From a virus (Duplodnaviria > Caudoviricetes), in the IMG/VR virus record IMGVR_UViG_3300020043_005902, positions 1 through 32,901 of that record: 32,901 bases of DNA; one strand, 5' to 3'. Under the pieces are notes generated by a model. It had not been told where the DNA came from. It ran no database searches and saw only the letters and a program-made list of their open reading frames with translations. Shown here one piece after another: positions 15,156-23,099 of this stretch. Every line of letters begins with the position of its first letter. Position 1 is the first letter of the stretch. The position numbers and the translations under genes are program-made.

Positions 15156-15340
15156 GGTGTTTGCGTAATTGGATTAATTGGTTGTTTTTCGGGCGCGGGG
15201 ATAACCACGTCGCCCGGTTCGGCAAAGTATCCGGCGATGATTTCAGATGCAAAGTGCCGCGCCTGTGAGAGCGGCCCCCATTCGCGCTCGCCGTTGTCGA
15301 AGAGGTCAACGCGGGCGGGGTGCTGAATTACGTATGGCAT
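15152..15340 (-). CDS. Hypothetical protein
   Basis: MPYVIQHP...; overlapping stop/start junctions on both sides. Confidence 0.5.
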   Translation of the reverse strand: MPYVIQHPARVDLFDNGEREWGPLSQARHFASEIIAGYFAEPGDVVIPAPEKQPINPITQTP

Positions 15341-15537
15341 TAGAGTAGCTCCTCCGGCCAAGCCGCGATGATGCCGTATGACAGATGCCACCATTTATTG
15401 TGCTGAATCAACTTAATCGCGGCAATCGTGGCCCGCCATCCAGCCTCGTCAGGTCCGGCGCAGTTGGCGATTTCAGAGACTGCCAGCAACTCGCGGCACC
15501 TGGCCACGATCCGGTTGAGATGTTCTTTTTGGGTCAT
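15340..15537 (-). CDS. Hypothetical protein
   Basis: MTQKEHLNR...IIAAWPEELL; ATGA overlap. Confidence 0.55.
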   Translation of the reverse strand: MTQKEHLNRIVARCRELLAVSEIANCAGPDEAGWRATIAAIKLIQHNKWWHLSYGIIAAWPEELL

Positions 15538-15728
15538 TGCGAGTCCTCCCCAAGTAACCCCGCGCATTCCAGCAGGTGCCAAGTCAACAGCGTTCCAGCA
15601 ACGGCGGCGACGAGGCAAAACAGCCACAAGCCCGGCGTTTTGGCAGCGAGGAGATATGCAACGTCAACGGCGGTCAGGGTGGACGTCAAGCCGGCCCCGA
15701 TTGCCGGGAGTTTTTTGGTGCGGCTCAT
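15534..15728 (-). CDS. Small putative membrane protein
   Basis: Two hydrophobic segments; coupled overlaps. Confidence 0.5.
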   Translation of the reverse strand: MSRTKKLPAIGAGLTSTLTAVDVAYLLAAKTPGLWLFCLVAAVAGTLLTWHLLECAGLLGEDSQ

Positions 15729-16036
15729 TGTCCGGCCTCCAGCTTGGCGAGCTCGGCGCGCTTGATGGCAATCAGTTCGGCGCGTGTTGGCGGAACTGGT
15801 ATCTCGGCAAGGCGTTCGGCAAGGCGTGCGATTGCGCGCTCAACGGTGTGCTCATAAGACGAGACACATTCCTTGTCGTCATTGTAAAATATGGTCGCCG
15901 TGTGCCGAAGTGTTCCGTCTCCGTCGAACGCGACAGAGTAGCGGCAATCGCTCTTTTTCACGTCCGGCCTTGTCGCGGCAAGGGCTTGGACTTGAGTAAG
16001 GCAGGGCGCGAGCAGTTCGCGGAATTGGTCAGACAT
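15725..16036 (-). CDS. Hypothetical protein
   Basis: 103-aa ORF in the coupled series. Confidence 0.55.
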   Translation of the reverse strand: MSDQFRELLAPCLTQVQALAATRPDVKKSDCRYSVAFDGDGTLRHTATIFYNDDKECVSSYEHTVERAIARLAERLAEIPVPPTRAELIAIKRAELAKLEAGQ

Positions 16037-16280
16037 GGCCAGGAACGCGTTTAGTTCCTGGACGGAGGGCGAGAGATGAAGTTTTCATAGTGTCGTTTGG
16101 TTTGGGGTGAAGGTGTCGGTTTGAGGCGGGCTTTTGCAGCAGCTTGGCGAGGTCGTCGCGCCCGTCTCTCGCCAGTTGGTTGGCAAGGGCTTTGCGGGCG
16201 TATCCTGAGCGGTTGCCTGCCATGATCTTGATCTCTCGGAAGACTTTGGCGGGAAGCTGGTTGATGGTGATGGCTGGCAT
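16029..16280 (-). CDS. Putative ribbon-helix-helix protein
   Basis: MPAITINQLPAKVFREIK...NRSGYARKAL (Arc/FitA-like pattern). Confidence 0.5.
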   Translation of the reverse strand: MPAITINQLPAKVFREIKIMAGNRSGYARKALANQLARDGRDDLAKLLQKPASNRHLHPKPNDTMKTSSLALRPGTKRVPGHV

Positions 16281-16351
16281 GGTTGGTTTGGTTTGCCTCG
16301 AAACCCCGCTGCGGTCAGGCGAGCAGGGCGGGTTGGGGGAGTGGAGTGATC

Positions 16352-16507
16352 TCAGCGGCTGTTTTTGCGGCAAATCTTCTCGATAGCGTCAGAGCAGGCC
16401 ATCACAGCGGCGCGGCATGCCTTGGCGTCAGCAACCCTCTTAGGGTCTGCGTGAAATGCGGCGATGGCCGCGTTGCGTTCGTTCTTCTGTTGTTTCGTGA
16501 GTTTCAT
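16352..16507 (-). CDS. Small hypothetical protein, 51 aa (below the ORF-track cutoff)
   Basis: MKLTKQQKNERNAAIAAFHADPK...KNSR; first ORF after the promoter at 16532-16580. Confidence 0.55.
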   Translation of the reverse strand: MKLTKQQKNERNAAIAAFHADPKRVADAKACRAAVMACSDAIEKICRKNSR

Positions 16508-16531
16508 TTGTGTTTCTTTGTGACTCCCTCA

Positions 16532-16580
16532 ACCATGCATAGCCGCGCCCCGTTGTCAAAAATAAAATAAAATTATTTTA
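16532..16580 (-). promoter_or_regulatory. Sigma70-like promoter with an AT-rich UP element
   Basis: Minus strand: AT tract, TTGACA (16559-16554), 16 nt, CATGGT. Confidence 0.6.
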
Positions 16581-16806
16581 TCGGCGCGCAAGTCGCTGTG
16601 GTTCCAATGGCTTGCGCGCCGTTGAGTGTTTTTTTTATCCAAGCCGAGCGAGAGATTTTTTGAGATTTTGCGGCGGCGGTGTAGCTCGCCATCTCTGCCT
16701 TGGTGCATTTGATGCTGAGTCGAGCGTCGGCAGGTCCGTTTGGTCCTGGCTTACGGCCTTGACCTCGCTGTGAGCGTGGAAGCGGGTTGGATTTGCGGGC
16801 GGTCAT
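16573..16806 (-). CDS. Ribbon-helix-helix DNA-binding protein
   Basis: GQGRKP...ARLSIKCTKAEMASYTAAAKSQKISRSAWIKKTL. Confidence 0.65.
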   Translation of the reverse strand: MTARKSNPLPRSQRGQGRKPGPNGPADARLSIKCTKAEMASYTAAAKSQKISRSAWIKKTLNGAQAIGTTATCAPIK

Positions 16807-17150
16807 TTGGTGTCTGTGTTTATGATGGGTGAATTTGTAACTATCCACTTCTGTCTTCTCTCGCAAAATGTCGCTCCAATCGAAGACAGCCAGAGCCTCC
16901 ATCGCTCAGACTCTTGCCATGCTGCGACCTTAGCTTTTGCGTCCTTGTCGAGATTGATACGGCTCCATCCTTCTTCGCCGTTCATGCGTCCGACTATGCT
17001 TTTGGCCATGCGCTCAGCGTTCTCGCGGATCATACAGGCGATTAGGTGCCGGCGATGGTCGTCGCCAACAGAAGGAAGAGCTAGGGATTTGCAAGCCCGT
17101 AGATAGGTGGACTCGATTTCTTGTCCGGTTAGGAATTGAATTGGGTGCAT
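16803..17150 (-). CDS. Hypothetical protein
   Basis: Start MHPIQF after a hairpin; ATGA overlap with the next gene. Confidence 0.55.
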   Translation of the reverse strand: MHPIQFLTGQEIESTYLRACKSLALPSVGDDHRRHLIACMIRENAERMAKSIVGRMNGEEGWSRINLDKDAKAKVAAWQESERWRLWLSSIGATFCERRQKWIVTNSPIINTDTK

Positions 17151-17213
17151 AGGTCTTTTGCTGGCGAAACCCCGGTCCTTTTGAGACCGAGGTTGTTTTG
17201 ACCCCCAGACCAC

Positions 17214-17393
17214 TCAGCCCAACCACTGCATCTTGGTTCTTTCTTTTCTGATGAAGGATTCGCTTCCGATAAGTCCAGCCTTGGCGGCCTTGTCTGCTTG
17301 GTATCCAAGGAGGTCGATTTGTTGAGCCTTGGTGTAGTTGCCGGACTGAGTGATGAAGGCGCAGGCGGCGTCGATTGATTTGAAGGTTGGCAT
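17214..17393 (-). CDS. Hypothetical early protein, 59 aa
   Basis: MPTFKSIDAACAF...; first ORF after promoter copy 2. Confidence 0.55.
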   Translation of the reverse strand: MPTFKSIDAACAFITQSGNYTKAQQIDLLGYQADKAAKAGLIGSESFIRKERTKMQWLG

Positions 17394-17446
17394 TGGCAGG
17401 TTTTTTTGAGGAGTTTTTGAGGCGAAGCGTCGTGCTTCTGAAATAC

Positions 17447-17488
17447 ATCCTGCATGATCCCTTGAATAAGTCAACACCAATTCAAAAG
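17447..17488 (-). promoter_or_regulatory. Early promoter with an overlapping palindromic operator (copy 2)
   Basis: Minus strand CTTTTGAATTGGTGTTGACTTATTCAA; TTGACT, 16 nt, CAGGAT; TTGAA-N14-TTCAA palindrome. Confidence 0.65.
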
Positions 17489-17534
17489 AAAGTTGGTTTA
17501 TTTTTTATCCGCTCACAGTCATCAACTTAGACGC

Positions 17535-17565
17535 AAAAAAGGCCAGCCCCTTTCGAGACTGGCCT
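17535..17565 (-). terminator. Rho-independent terminator closing the tRNA-like RNA
   Basis: AGGCCAGTCTC-GAAA-GGGGCTGGCCT-TTTTT. Confidence 0.8.
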
Positions 17566-17568
17566 AAG

Positions 17569-17639
17569 TTTCGGCGTGTTGCCATAATCACTTCACCGGC
17601 ATGGAGCCAGTGGCCGGTAACGATCCGGCTTCTCCGAAA
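17569..17639 (-). ncRNA. Circularly permuted tRNA-like RNA (open at the anticodon loop, acceptor stem closed by UCCAU)
   Basis: Minus strand: TTTCGG AGAA GCCGG-ATCGTTA-CCGGC CACTGGC T CCA T GCCGGTG AA GTGA-TTATGGCA-ACAC G CCGAAA. All four stems pair. Confidence 0.75.
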
Positions 17640-17793
17640 AAGAACAGAAATTCAAGGCCCAGATTTGCAAGAAGGTGGCCTAATCCTTTGTCGCTTTTCC
17701 GGCCTGCGCAAGCCGTTGGAGCCAATCTTTGCGCCGCTTTTTCTCTGTCGGTTTCCGGAACGCAACAGATACTCATTCGGCGAATCTGCGCAT

Positions 17794-17826
17794 AAAAAAG
17801 ACCTGACCCGTTGCCGAGTCAAGCCT
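17794..17826 (-). terminator. Rho-independent terminator downstream of the late/lysis operon
   Basis: AGGCTTGACTCG-GCAA-CGGGTCAGGTCT-TTTTT. Confidence 0.7.
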
Positions 17827-17974
17827 TTAGCTTTCCCCACCCTATTTGCCGCGCATGAACAGGGCCGGGGAGTTTGGCCGTTTGCGCGGCGGGAAAGTGT
17901 TACGTGGTGCAAATCCAGTCGAATTCAAACTGCAAGTCTTTGGTTATCAACGGCGTTTCCTTGGTGCAAATGAG

Positions 17975-18313
17975 TTATTTCAGCGAAGCCGCCGCTTCTG
18001 CCAGCTTGCCAACAGCAGCGGCTCTGTTGGCTGATTCAGCGGAACCAGCGGCAAGGGCTTCGGGGCTGGCAACCGCTTTGTAGCGAAACAGGAAGTTCGT
18101 CTTTGGGTTGCCGAGAAAAAAGACATCCGTGTCCTTCGGGGAAATGATTTCAAAGCCGTTTTCCGTCTTCCTGATTTCGGTAGTAATGACCTTGGGCGTG
18201 ATGAGCGTGCAACCTGACAGCGACAGAAGAAACGCCAGCGCAAGGCCGGCGACGAGGATCGAGCCGAGAAGCTCGACGGCGACACGTTTTGAAGAGGTCG
18301 GTGGGTATGTCAT
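17975..18313 (-). CDS. Lipoprotein, possibly spanin-like
   Basis: Signal peptide with lipobox LSG-C (AFLLSLSGCTL); last gene of the late operon. Confidence 0.6.
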   Translation of the reverse strand: MTYPPTSSKRVAVELLGSILVAGLALAFLLSLSGCTLITPKVITTEIRKTENGFEIISPKDTDVFFLGNPKTNFLFRYKAVASPEALAAGSAESANRAAAVGKLAEAAASLK

Positions 18314-18317
18314 GGTT

Positions 18318-18464
18318 TCAAGCTCTTGAATATCCGCACTTTGGGCACTTGGTGCAAGCGACAACAAAGGCCGGGCCGGTCTTGGAAAGTGTGACACTTC
18401 CGGAAACTTCGCGGTCAAGGGCGGTTGATTGGATCATGGGAACGTTGCAGCGCGGGCAGTTCAT
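18318..18464 (-). CDS. Small Zn-ribbon protein, 48 aa
   Basis: MNCPRC...KCPKCGYS; ATGA overlap. Confidence 0.6.
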   Translation of the reverse strand: MNCPRCNVPMIQSTALDREVSGSVTLSKTGPAFVVACTKCPKCGYSRA

Positions 18465-18922
18465 GGATGGTTCGTTGTCGAATCGGTTTGAGTTGTCAAA
18501 GCCCGGTAAAACTTGGCTCCCGGCGTGTGCCCGCTTCTGTGTGCCTTCCAAGCCCTATGCGCGGCAGGCATGGTGGCGACAAAAAACCAGCGTCCAAACG
18601 CCCTCACGCGGCTCAGTCCTTCGGCTCGGCATAGTTCATAAAACTTCAAATCCGCAATCCACTTGCTGTGTCTTCCGCTGGCATAGTCGTCGTCATGAGC
18701 GACGGCGGGTTTGTCTGTTTTTCCTCTTAGCTCAAAGTCTCCAAAACGGCAACTGGCAAGGTCCGTCGGCAGTCCGCGCGGAATGTGGTGAACCTGCCCT
18801 GTGATGCGGGAGAAGTAGCGCAACGGGTCGCGCAAGGTCACAAAACGCGGCCCGTGTTGCGGTGCCGGGTCGGTGTAGAGTTGGGACAGGAAGCCCGGCT
18901 TGATGTGCGGCAAGCGGCTCAT
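18461..18922 (-). CDS. DUF1353-like protein
   Basis: IPRGLPTDLAS...PAVAHDDDY...ADLKFYE. Confidence 0.75.
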   Translation of the reverse strand: MSRLPHIKPGFLSQLYTDPAPQHGPRFVTLRDPLRYFSRITGQVHHIPRGLPTDLASCRFGDFELRGKTDKPAVAHDDDYASGRHSKWIADLKFYELCRAEGLSRVRAFGRWFFVATMPAAHRAWKAHRSGHTPGAKFYRALTTQTDSTTNHP

Positions 18923-19167
18923 TTGCTTGTGTCAGTTGCCTCAACCTTCGGCAGCTTACCCCTGCGAAAGTCGCGGATGTCATGAAGCGCCTGAATGACG
19001 AACTTCCTCAGCCAGAACAGCATAACTACGAAAGCGGTGGCAGCGGCGCAAGCTTGCGTGAAGTTTGACAGCGGGCCGGAAACCACCTCGGCAATCAGAG
19101 CGGAACCAGCGGAGGCAGTCACGGCGGCAACAGGGTGTTCAATCAGGCGGTGCGGCATGTCGGACAT
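18919..19167 (-). CDS. Putative holin
   Basis: 82 aa, two hydrophobic segments and a basic C-terminus; follows the tail fibre genes. Confidence 0.5.
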   Translation of the reverse strand: MSDMPHRLIEHPVAAVTASAGSALIAEVVSGPLSNFTQACAAATAFVVMLFWLRKFVIQALHDIRDFRRGKLPKVEATDTSK

Positions 19168-19461
19168 GATGTTTGATTGTGCGGCGTGTTTTGGTCAAGG
19201 CTCAATCGAGAAACTGGCCAGGCGAAGGGCGCATCCGGTGCCCCCGCTTGGATGGTCAACGATCAGAGTGGGACAGGTGTGGCCGGACGTTCCCGAACCG
19301 CTTGGCAAGCCGGTGGTGAGAATGAGGGCGGCGATAAGGGGCGGCATGGGTGATGGTTTGGAGGATTGTTTTGCGCCCGTTTCAAGGCGGAACGGAACCG
19401 GAAAGCCTCGTGCGTGCATGGGTTCGTTTTGATAGTTCACGGCGGGAAATTGGCAAGCGTT

Positions 19462-20235
19462 TTAGATGGACCATTTCGCCGCAAGGTAAGCGTGAACCCG
19501 TGCGCGTTCGGTCTCCGTAAGTGCCGGAAATACAAGGATTTCCCCGATGTCAGCGAGCAGGAATGCGGCAGCGGACCCGGTAAGCTCAAACGCGCCAATC
19601 AATCCGGTGCCGGTGGTAAACGTGCTTGGGTTGGAGCCGTAAGCGGTCCCGCTCACTTCGGTCCCGTTCAGCCGGATGCGAGTGTCGCCGTTTGTTTTGT
19701 GCGTTGACCAGTTGCTCCAATGCCAGCCGAGTATGTTTGCGTTGGCAGCGGTGCCGGTTGAATTGTAGCGCATCCCGCCCGGTGCGAAAACGTCGGTGCA
19801 AGGTTCAAATCCTGAGCTGGGGAAAACCTGAGTTGAGCAACCAATGGAGGTGCCGGTGCCATTGCGGGAGCCGATGACAATGCCATACTCAGAGGCCGCG
19901 ATGGTGGCATTTTTCAAGACCGCAAAAACAGAGCGGCCCGACGTGTTGCCGAATACGGCGGTTGCGTAGGACATCACGTCATTGGTGCCGTCAAAGCGAA
20001 TGGCAGACCGCCCGTTTTGGATGCTAGTCTTGAGAACTGGCCGCTGTCCAGAAGTGCCTTGCGTGGCGTGGTTTGCGTTGCCGCTCTTATCCTGCCAGCG
20101 TGCCACGGTTCCGTCAGGCGCGACTAGACTGCCTCCGGTGGTGGCATCGTAAAGCGTGTCGCGGTCTGAACCGTCCAGCCATAGGAGCGGCGACAGAGAC
20201 AGCGGGCTAAAATTCGTCCAAGGAAAAAAGCGCAT
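19462..20235 (-). CDS. Virion lectin-like (LamG/ConA) protein, probable receptor-binding component
   Basis: LWLDGSD...VARWQDKSGNANHATQ...IRFDGTND...DIGEILVF...YLAAKWSI. Confidence 0.7.
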   Translation of the reverse strand: MRFFPWTNFSPLSLSPLLWLDGSDRDTLYDATTGGSLVAPDGTVARWQDKSGNANHATQGTSGQRPVLKTSIQNGRSAIRFDGTNDVMSYATAVFGNTSGRSVFAVLKNATIAASEYGIVIGSRNGTGTSIGCSTQVFPSSGFEPCTDVFAPGGMRYNSTGTAANANILGWHWSNWSTHKTNGDTRIRLNGTEVSGTAYGSNPSTFTTGTGLIGAFELTGSAAAFLLADIGEILVFPALTETERARVHAYLAAKWSI

Positions 20236-20239
20236 GGAA

Positions 20240-21895
20240 TTAAACCTCCTGAGCAGTGGAAAGGCAGCCCCACTTTGAAGTTACTGAGTTCCAGATGAAG
20301 AGAACGTGCAGAATCTTAGAAAGGACCGTAGTGGTCGGAAGGGTTGACCCCATCGCCTCGAAGGATGCCCCCCAGGTTATAGCCCTCGCCGTGCCGTCGT
20401 CTTTAATTCGGAACAGAAGCATTTCTCCGTTGTTTGGCGTCCCCGAAAGGTTCGTCGTCATGCTAGTAATGGCAGCAGCCAAGGCGGTGATAGTCACCAT
20501 GTCGCAATTGTCCGTGTTCACGGTCGGGGTCGCGCTACTCGTAATCGTAGTAATGCGCGGGGGAATCCGCTTATTGGAAAGCGTTTCAGTCCCGGCCAAG
20601 GTGGCCAACGTGCCGGAAGTGGCGGGGGCGGTAATTGTCTTCCCGTTTAGGAAAATTGTGTTTGAGGTTGAGGAGATAAGCCCCGACGCAGTGTCCAGTG
20701 TGATGGTGTCATCTGTCCCATCATTCATAATCAAGCACGTGCCAGAAACGTAGGTCGAACTGGTCCCGCTAGTCCAAAGGGCATCACCAGGAAAGGTCCA
20801 TCCGGTTGAGTTTGCCGCGCCGAACGTTCCAGCCTCGGTTCCGTTCGCAGTGCGGAATGTTGCGCCGTCTGAGTTCCAAGCTTTGAATTGTGCGGAGATG
20901 GATTTGTAAGCGACTGACTCCAGGTCGTTTGCTGTAAATCCAACAAAGCGGAATCCACCCATAAGAATGGAGTCGAGGGCGTCAAAAACTCCGAAGACGT
21001 AAGAAGCATTCGGCCCGCTCGCAGATGGTCCGACGCGGGCTTCAATGTCAGTGTTTCCACCCTTGAACTGTCCGGCAGAATCGCGGGAGACGATAGTGGA
21101 AGCCGTGGCAGCGGAAGTGTAAGCAACCCCCGCGCCAAGAGTGTTGTCCGCTGTGACGACTGCAACCTTGCCAGCGTTGCCGAGTGTGATGGTGCCGGAG
21201 TTGAGAAGGTCGCCGCTTCCGGTCCCGGCTCCCAATGCCGTGCGGGTGTCGGCAGCGGAAAGGGCGGTGACCGTGTTGTCGGCATTGACCCGCAACCATG
21301 TCACGGCGGACGGGTTGGTGAGGCTGAATACGGCCTTTCCGACTGTGGTTGCGCCTAGGTTGGCCAGGGCTTGGGACTTCTGCGGCGAGGTCGGCGACTG
21401 AACCGAGTAGCTGACAAAAACAACAGGGGAAGCGGCGGAACCTTCGCCATTTCCCCTGATAAGGTTCAAAGTTGCATTCCAAATGCCGAGAACATCACCG
21501 CCGCTATTTCGCTCCTCAAAGTTTCCAGCGAGTGCCAGCGGTGTCTTCCCGGCCCAAAGCGTATCAACAACGGCGAAACTAGCAGAAGCGGCCTGATAAT
21601 ACTCAGTCTCCTCTGTTGATCCGTTCCGTTCAAAATCAATCGAGACCGCAAATTCAGCGTCTGACGGGTCTTTTTTGGCCGTGAAATGGAGCGTATTTCC
21701 GGTGGCAAGCGTAGCCCTTGAAACGATTCCCCCGGCAACCGTGCAAAGGACAACTGAGAGCGGCCCCGTTGCGCCGGAAACCCGCGTCCAAGATGCGACG
21801 GGAGCGGAGTCCGTCAGGCTGTTGATAAACGGCGAGCTGTCCCCCGTTTGAAGCGTGCCGGTGTTGAGGTAAAGAACTGGGGTCGAGAGTGCCAT
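20240..21895 (-). CDS. Tail fibre-like protein
   Basis: 551 aa, Thr/Ser/Gly/Ala-rich and modular: QALANLGA, TRTALGAG, TIVSRDSAG, GTLATLAGTETLSNK, RIKDDGTARAITW. Confidence 0.7.
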   Translation of the reverse strand: MALSTPVLYLNTGTLQTGDSSPFINSLTDSAPVASWTRVSGATGPLSVVLCTVAGGIVSRATLATGNTLHFTAKKDPSDAEFAVSIDFERNGSTEETEYYQAASASFAVVDTLWAGKTPLALAGNFEERNSGGDVLGIWNATLNLIRGNGEGSAASPVVFVSYSVQSPTSPQKSQALANLGATTVGKAVFSLTNPSAVTWLRVNADNTVTALSAADTRTALGAGTGSGDLLNSGTITLGNAGKVAVVTADNTLGAGVAYTSAATASTIVSRDSAGQFKGGNTDIEARVGPSASGPNASYVFGVFDALDSILMGGFRFVGFTANDLESVAYKSISAQFKAWNSDGATFRTANGTEAGTFGAANSTGWTFPGDALWTSGTSSTYVSGTCLIMNDGTDDTITLDTASGLISSTSNTIFLNGKTITAPATSGTLATLAGTETLSNKRIPPRITTITSSATPTVNTDNCDMVTITALAAAITSMTTNLSGTPNNGEMLLFRIKDDGTARAITWGASFEAMGSTLPTTTVLSKILHVLFIWNSVTSKWGCLSTAQEV

Positions 21896-21923
21896 TTGCG
21901 GGAAGGTTTAAGGGTTGAGCGGT

Positions 21924-21946
21924 TTATTGCAAGGCGTTTGCGTTAA
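21924..21946 (-). promoter_or_regulatory. Conserved late-region motif TTAACGCAAA-N4-TTGCAATAA (copy upstream of the tail fibre gene)
   Basis: Arms identical to 30497-30519; only the 4-nt centre differs. Confidence 0.55.
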
Positions 21947-23097
21947 CCGATTCGAATGATTGTCAGGGTCGCGCTTTCTACGGTCAAGGTTCGGCTTCCG
22001 GCCCCGTGCCTTCCGCCCTTGAGTGAGATGGTTGGAGGCAGGTCCGGCGTTCCGTTGTATTCGATGTAATAATCCCCCAACTCATCCCGCGTCACCTTGA
22101 CCAATGCGGAACCGGAAGTGGTCCCGAACATTACGCCGGTTGGTAGTTGGTCTGGTAGTTGTTCCGGGAATCCGACCGCATCAGGGTCAATCGGAAACGG
22201 GTCAGTTCCCTCCGGTTGGGTGACTGAGATTCTGCCTTCTCCGTCTAGGATTCCGGTTGATGTAATGGCCGTGACCGTCGTAATAGCGTCAATCGTGACA
22301 TCGGACAGCGCATCTGAGGCGGTTGTGGTTGATGCGATGTATGGCGGAACGTCGGGGTCAACAAACGTCTCTGCGTAGTAGTCGCCCCCGCCGTCGTAAA
22401 GATCAATCACCATCGTCCCTCCGTAAGCCAGAGTTGCCCCAGACAGCGCGTCAGACTCGGTTGTTAGCGTAAGCGTTGGCTGCGCCTCGCCGTCCAACAC
22501 CGTGGCAGTCTCGGCAACGGCTGAAACCAAAGTCAATGCAGACAGGTCGGTTTCGAGCGTAAGCGTCTCTCCCTCTGGCACTTTGAGAAAGTCTTTGAAA
22601 TTCTCTTTCTGTCTCGCGCTGAATCTAGCCTCTGTCCTCGTCGCGTCCGTTTCACCAATGCCGAGAAAAGTCTTGACCGTGTTGACTACGGTGGTCGTGG
22701 AAGTTGCTCCGCCAATGTCAACTGAAACGACCGCCGAATAGTGAAGCTCAAAGATGCCGGTTGTTTGGAAGGTGAATCCACCGGACTCAAGGACGCCCAT
22801 CACAAAATTTGCCTTGGTAGCGGGGATGTCGTATTCGATGGCGTCAAGAGAGACAGACCCGCCACCGGAGACAACCGTGGGACTCGACGAGGTGAGAACG
22901 TAACAACGGCCAGGACTTCGCTGCGGAGCGCCTTCTTTGACAAAAATGTCAAGCCCGTCCGGCGTCTGAGTCACCTCAACAGCTCCGGAAATGTTCGCAA
23001 TTCCCATCTTCCCCAAAAGCTTCGCCAACGAACCAATTGACTTTTTGAGTTGAGGGACAAGCGCCCCTTTTTTGATCTCAATTTGCGACGGCTTCAT
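21943..23097 (-). CDS. Tail tip / structural protein, acidic and Thr-rich, possibly with a C1q/BclA-like fold
   Basis: Start MKPSQI; FTFQTTGIFELHYS and terminal ATLTIIRIG; lies between the distal tail and fibre genes. Confidence 0.55.
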   Translation of the reverse strand: MKPSQIEIKKGALVPQLKKSIGSLAKLLGKMGIANISGAVEVTQTPDGLDIFVKEGAPQRSPGRCYVLTSSSPTVVSGGGSVSLDAIEYDIPATKANFVMGVLESGGFTFQTTGIFELHYSAVVSVDIGGATSTTTVVNTVKTFLGIGETDATRTEARFSARQKENFKDFLKVPEGETLTLETDLSALTLVSAVAETATVLDGEAQPTLTLTTESDALSGATLAYGGTMVIDLYDGGGDYYAETFVDPDVPPYIASTTTASDALSDVTIDAITTVTAITSTGILDGEGRISVTQPEGTDPFPIDPDAVGFPEQLPDQLPTGVMFGTTSGSALVKVTRDELGDYYIEYNGTPDLPPTISLKGGRHGAGSRTLTVESATLTIIRIG

Positions 23098-23099
23098 GG

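Noticed and set aside
17602-17633. tRNA 3' half as an attP core or an ordinary tRNA gene
   Set aside because: No 5' half lies upstream and no integrase is present. The matching 5' half lies downstream of the CCA, so it was reinterpreted as a permuted RNA.
19195-19440. 81-aa minus-strand ORF before the holin
   Set aside because: Start is ambiguous and there are no recognisable features; it could be a short peptide or a leader, so it was not called.
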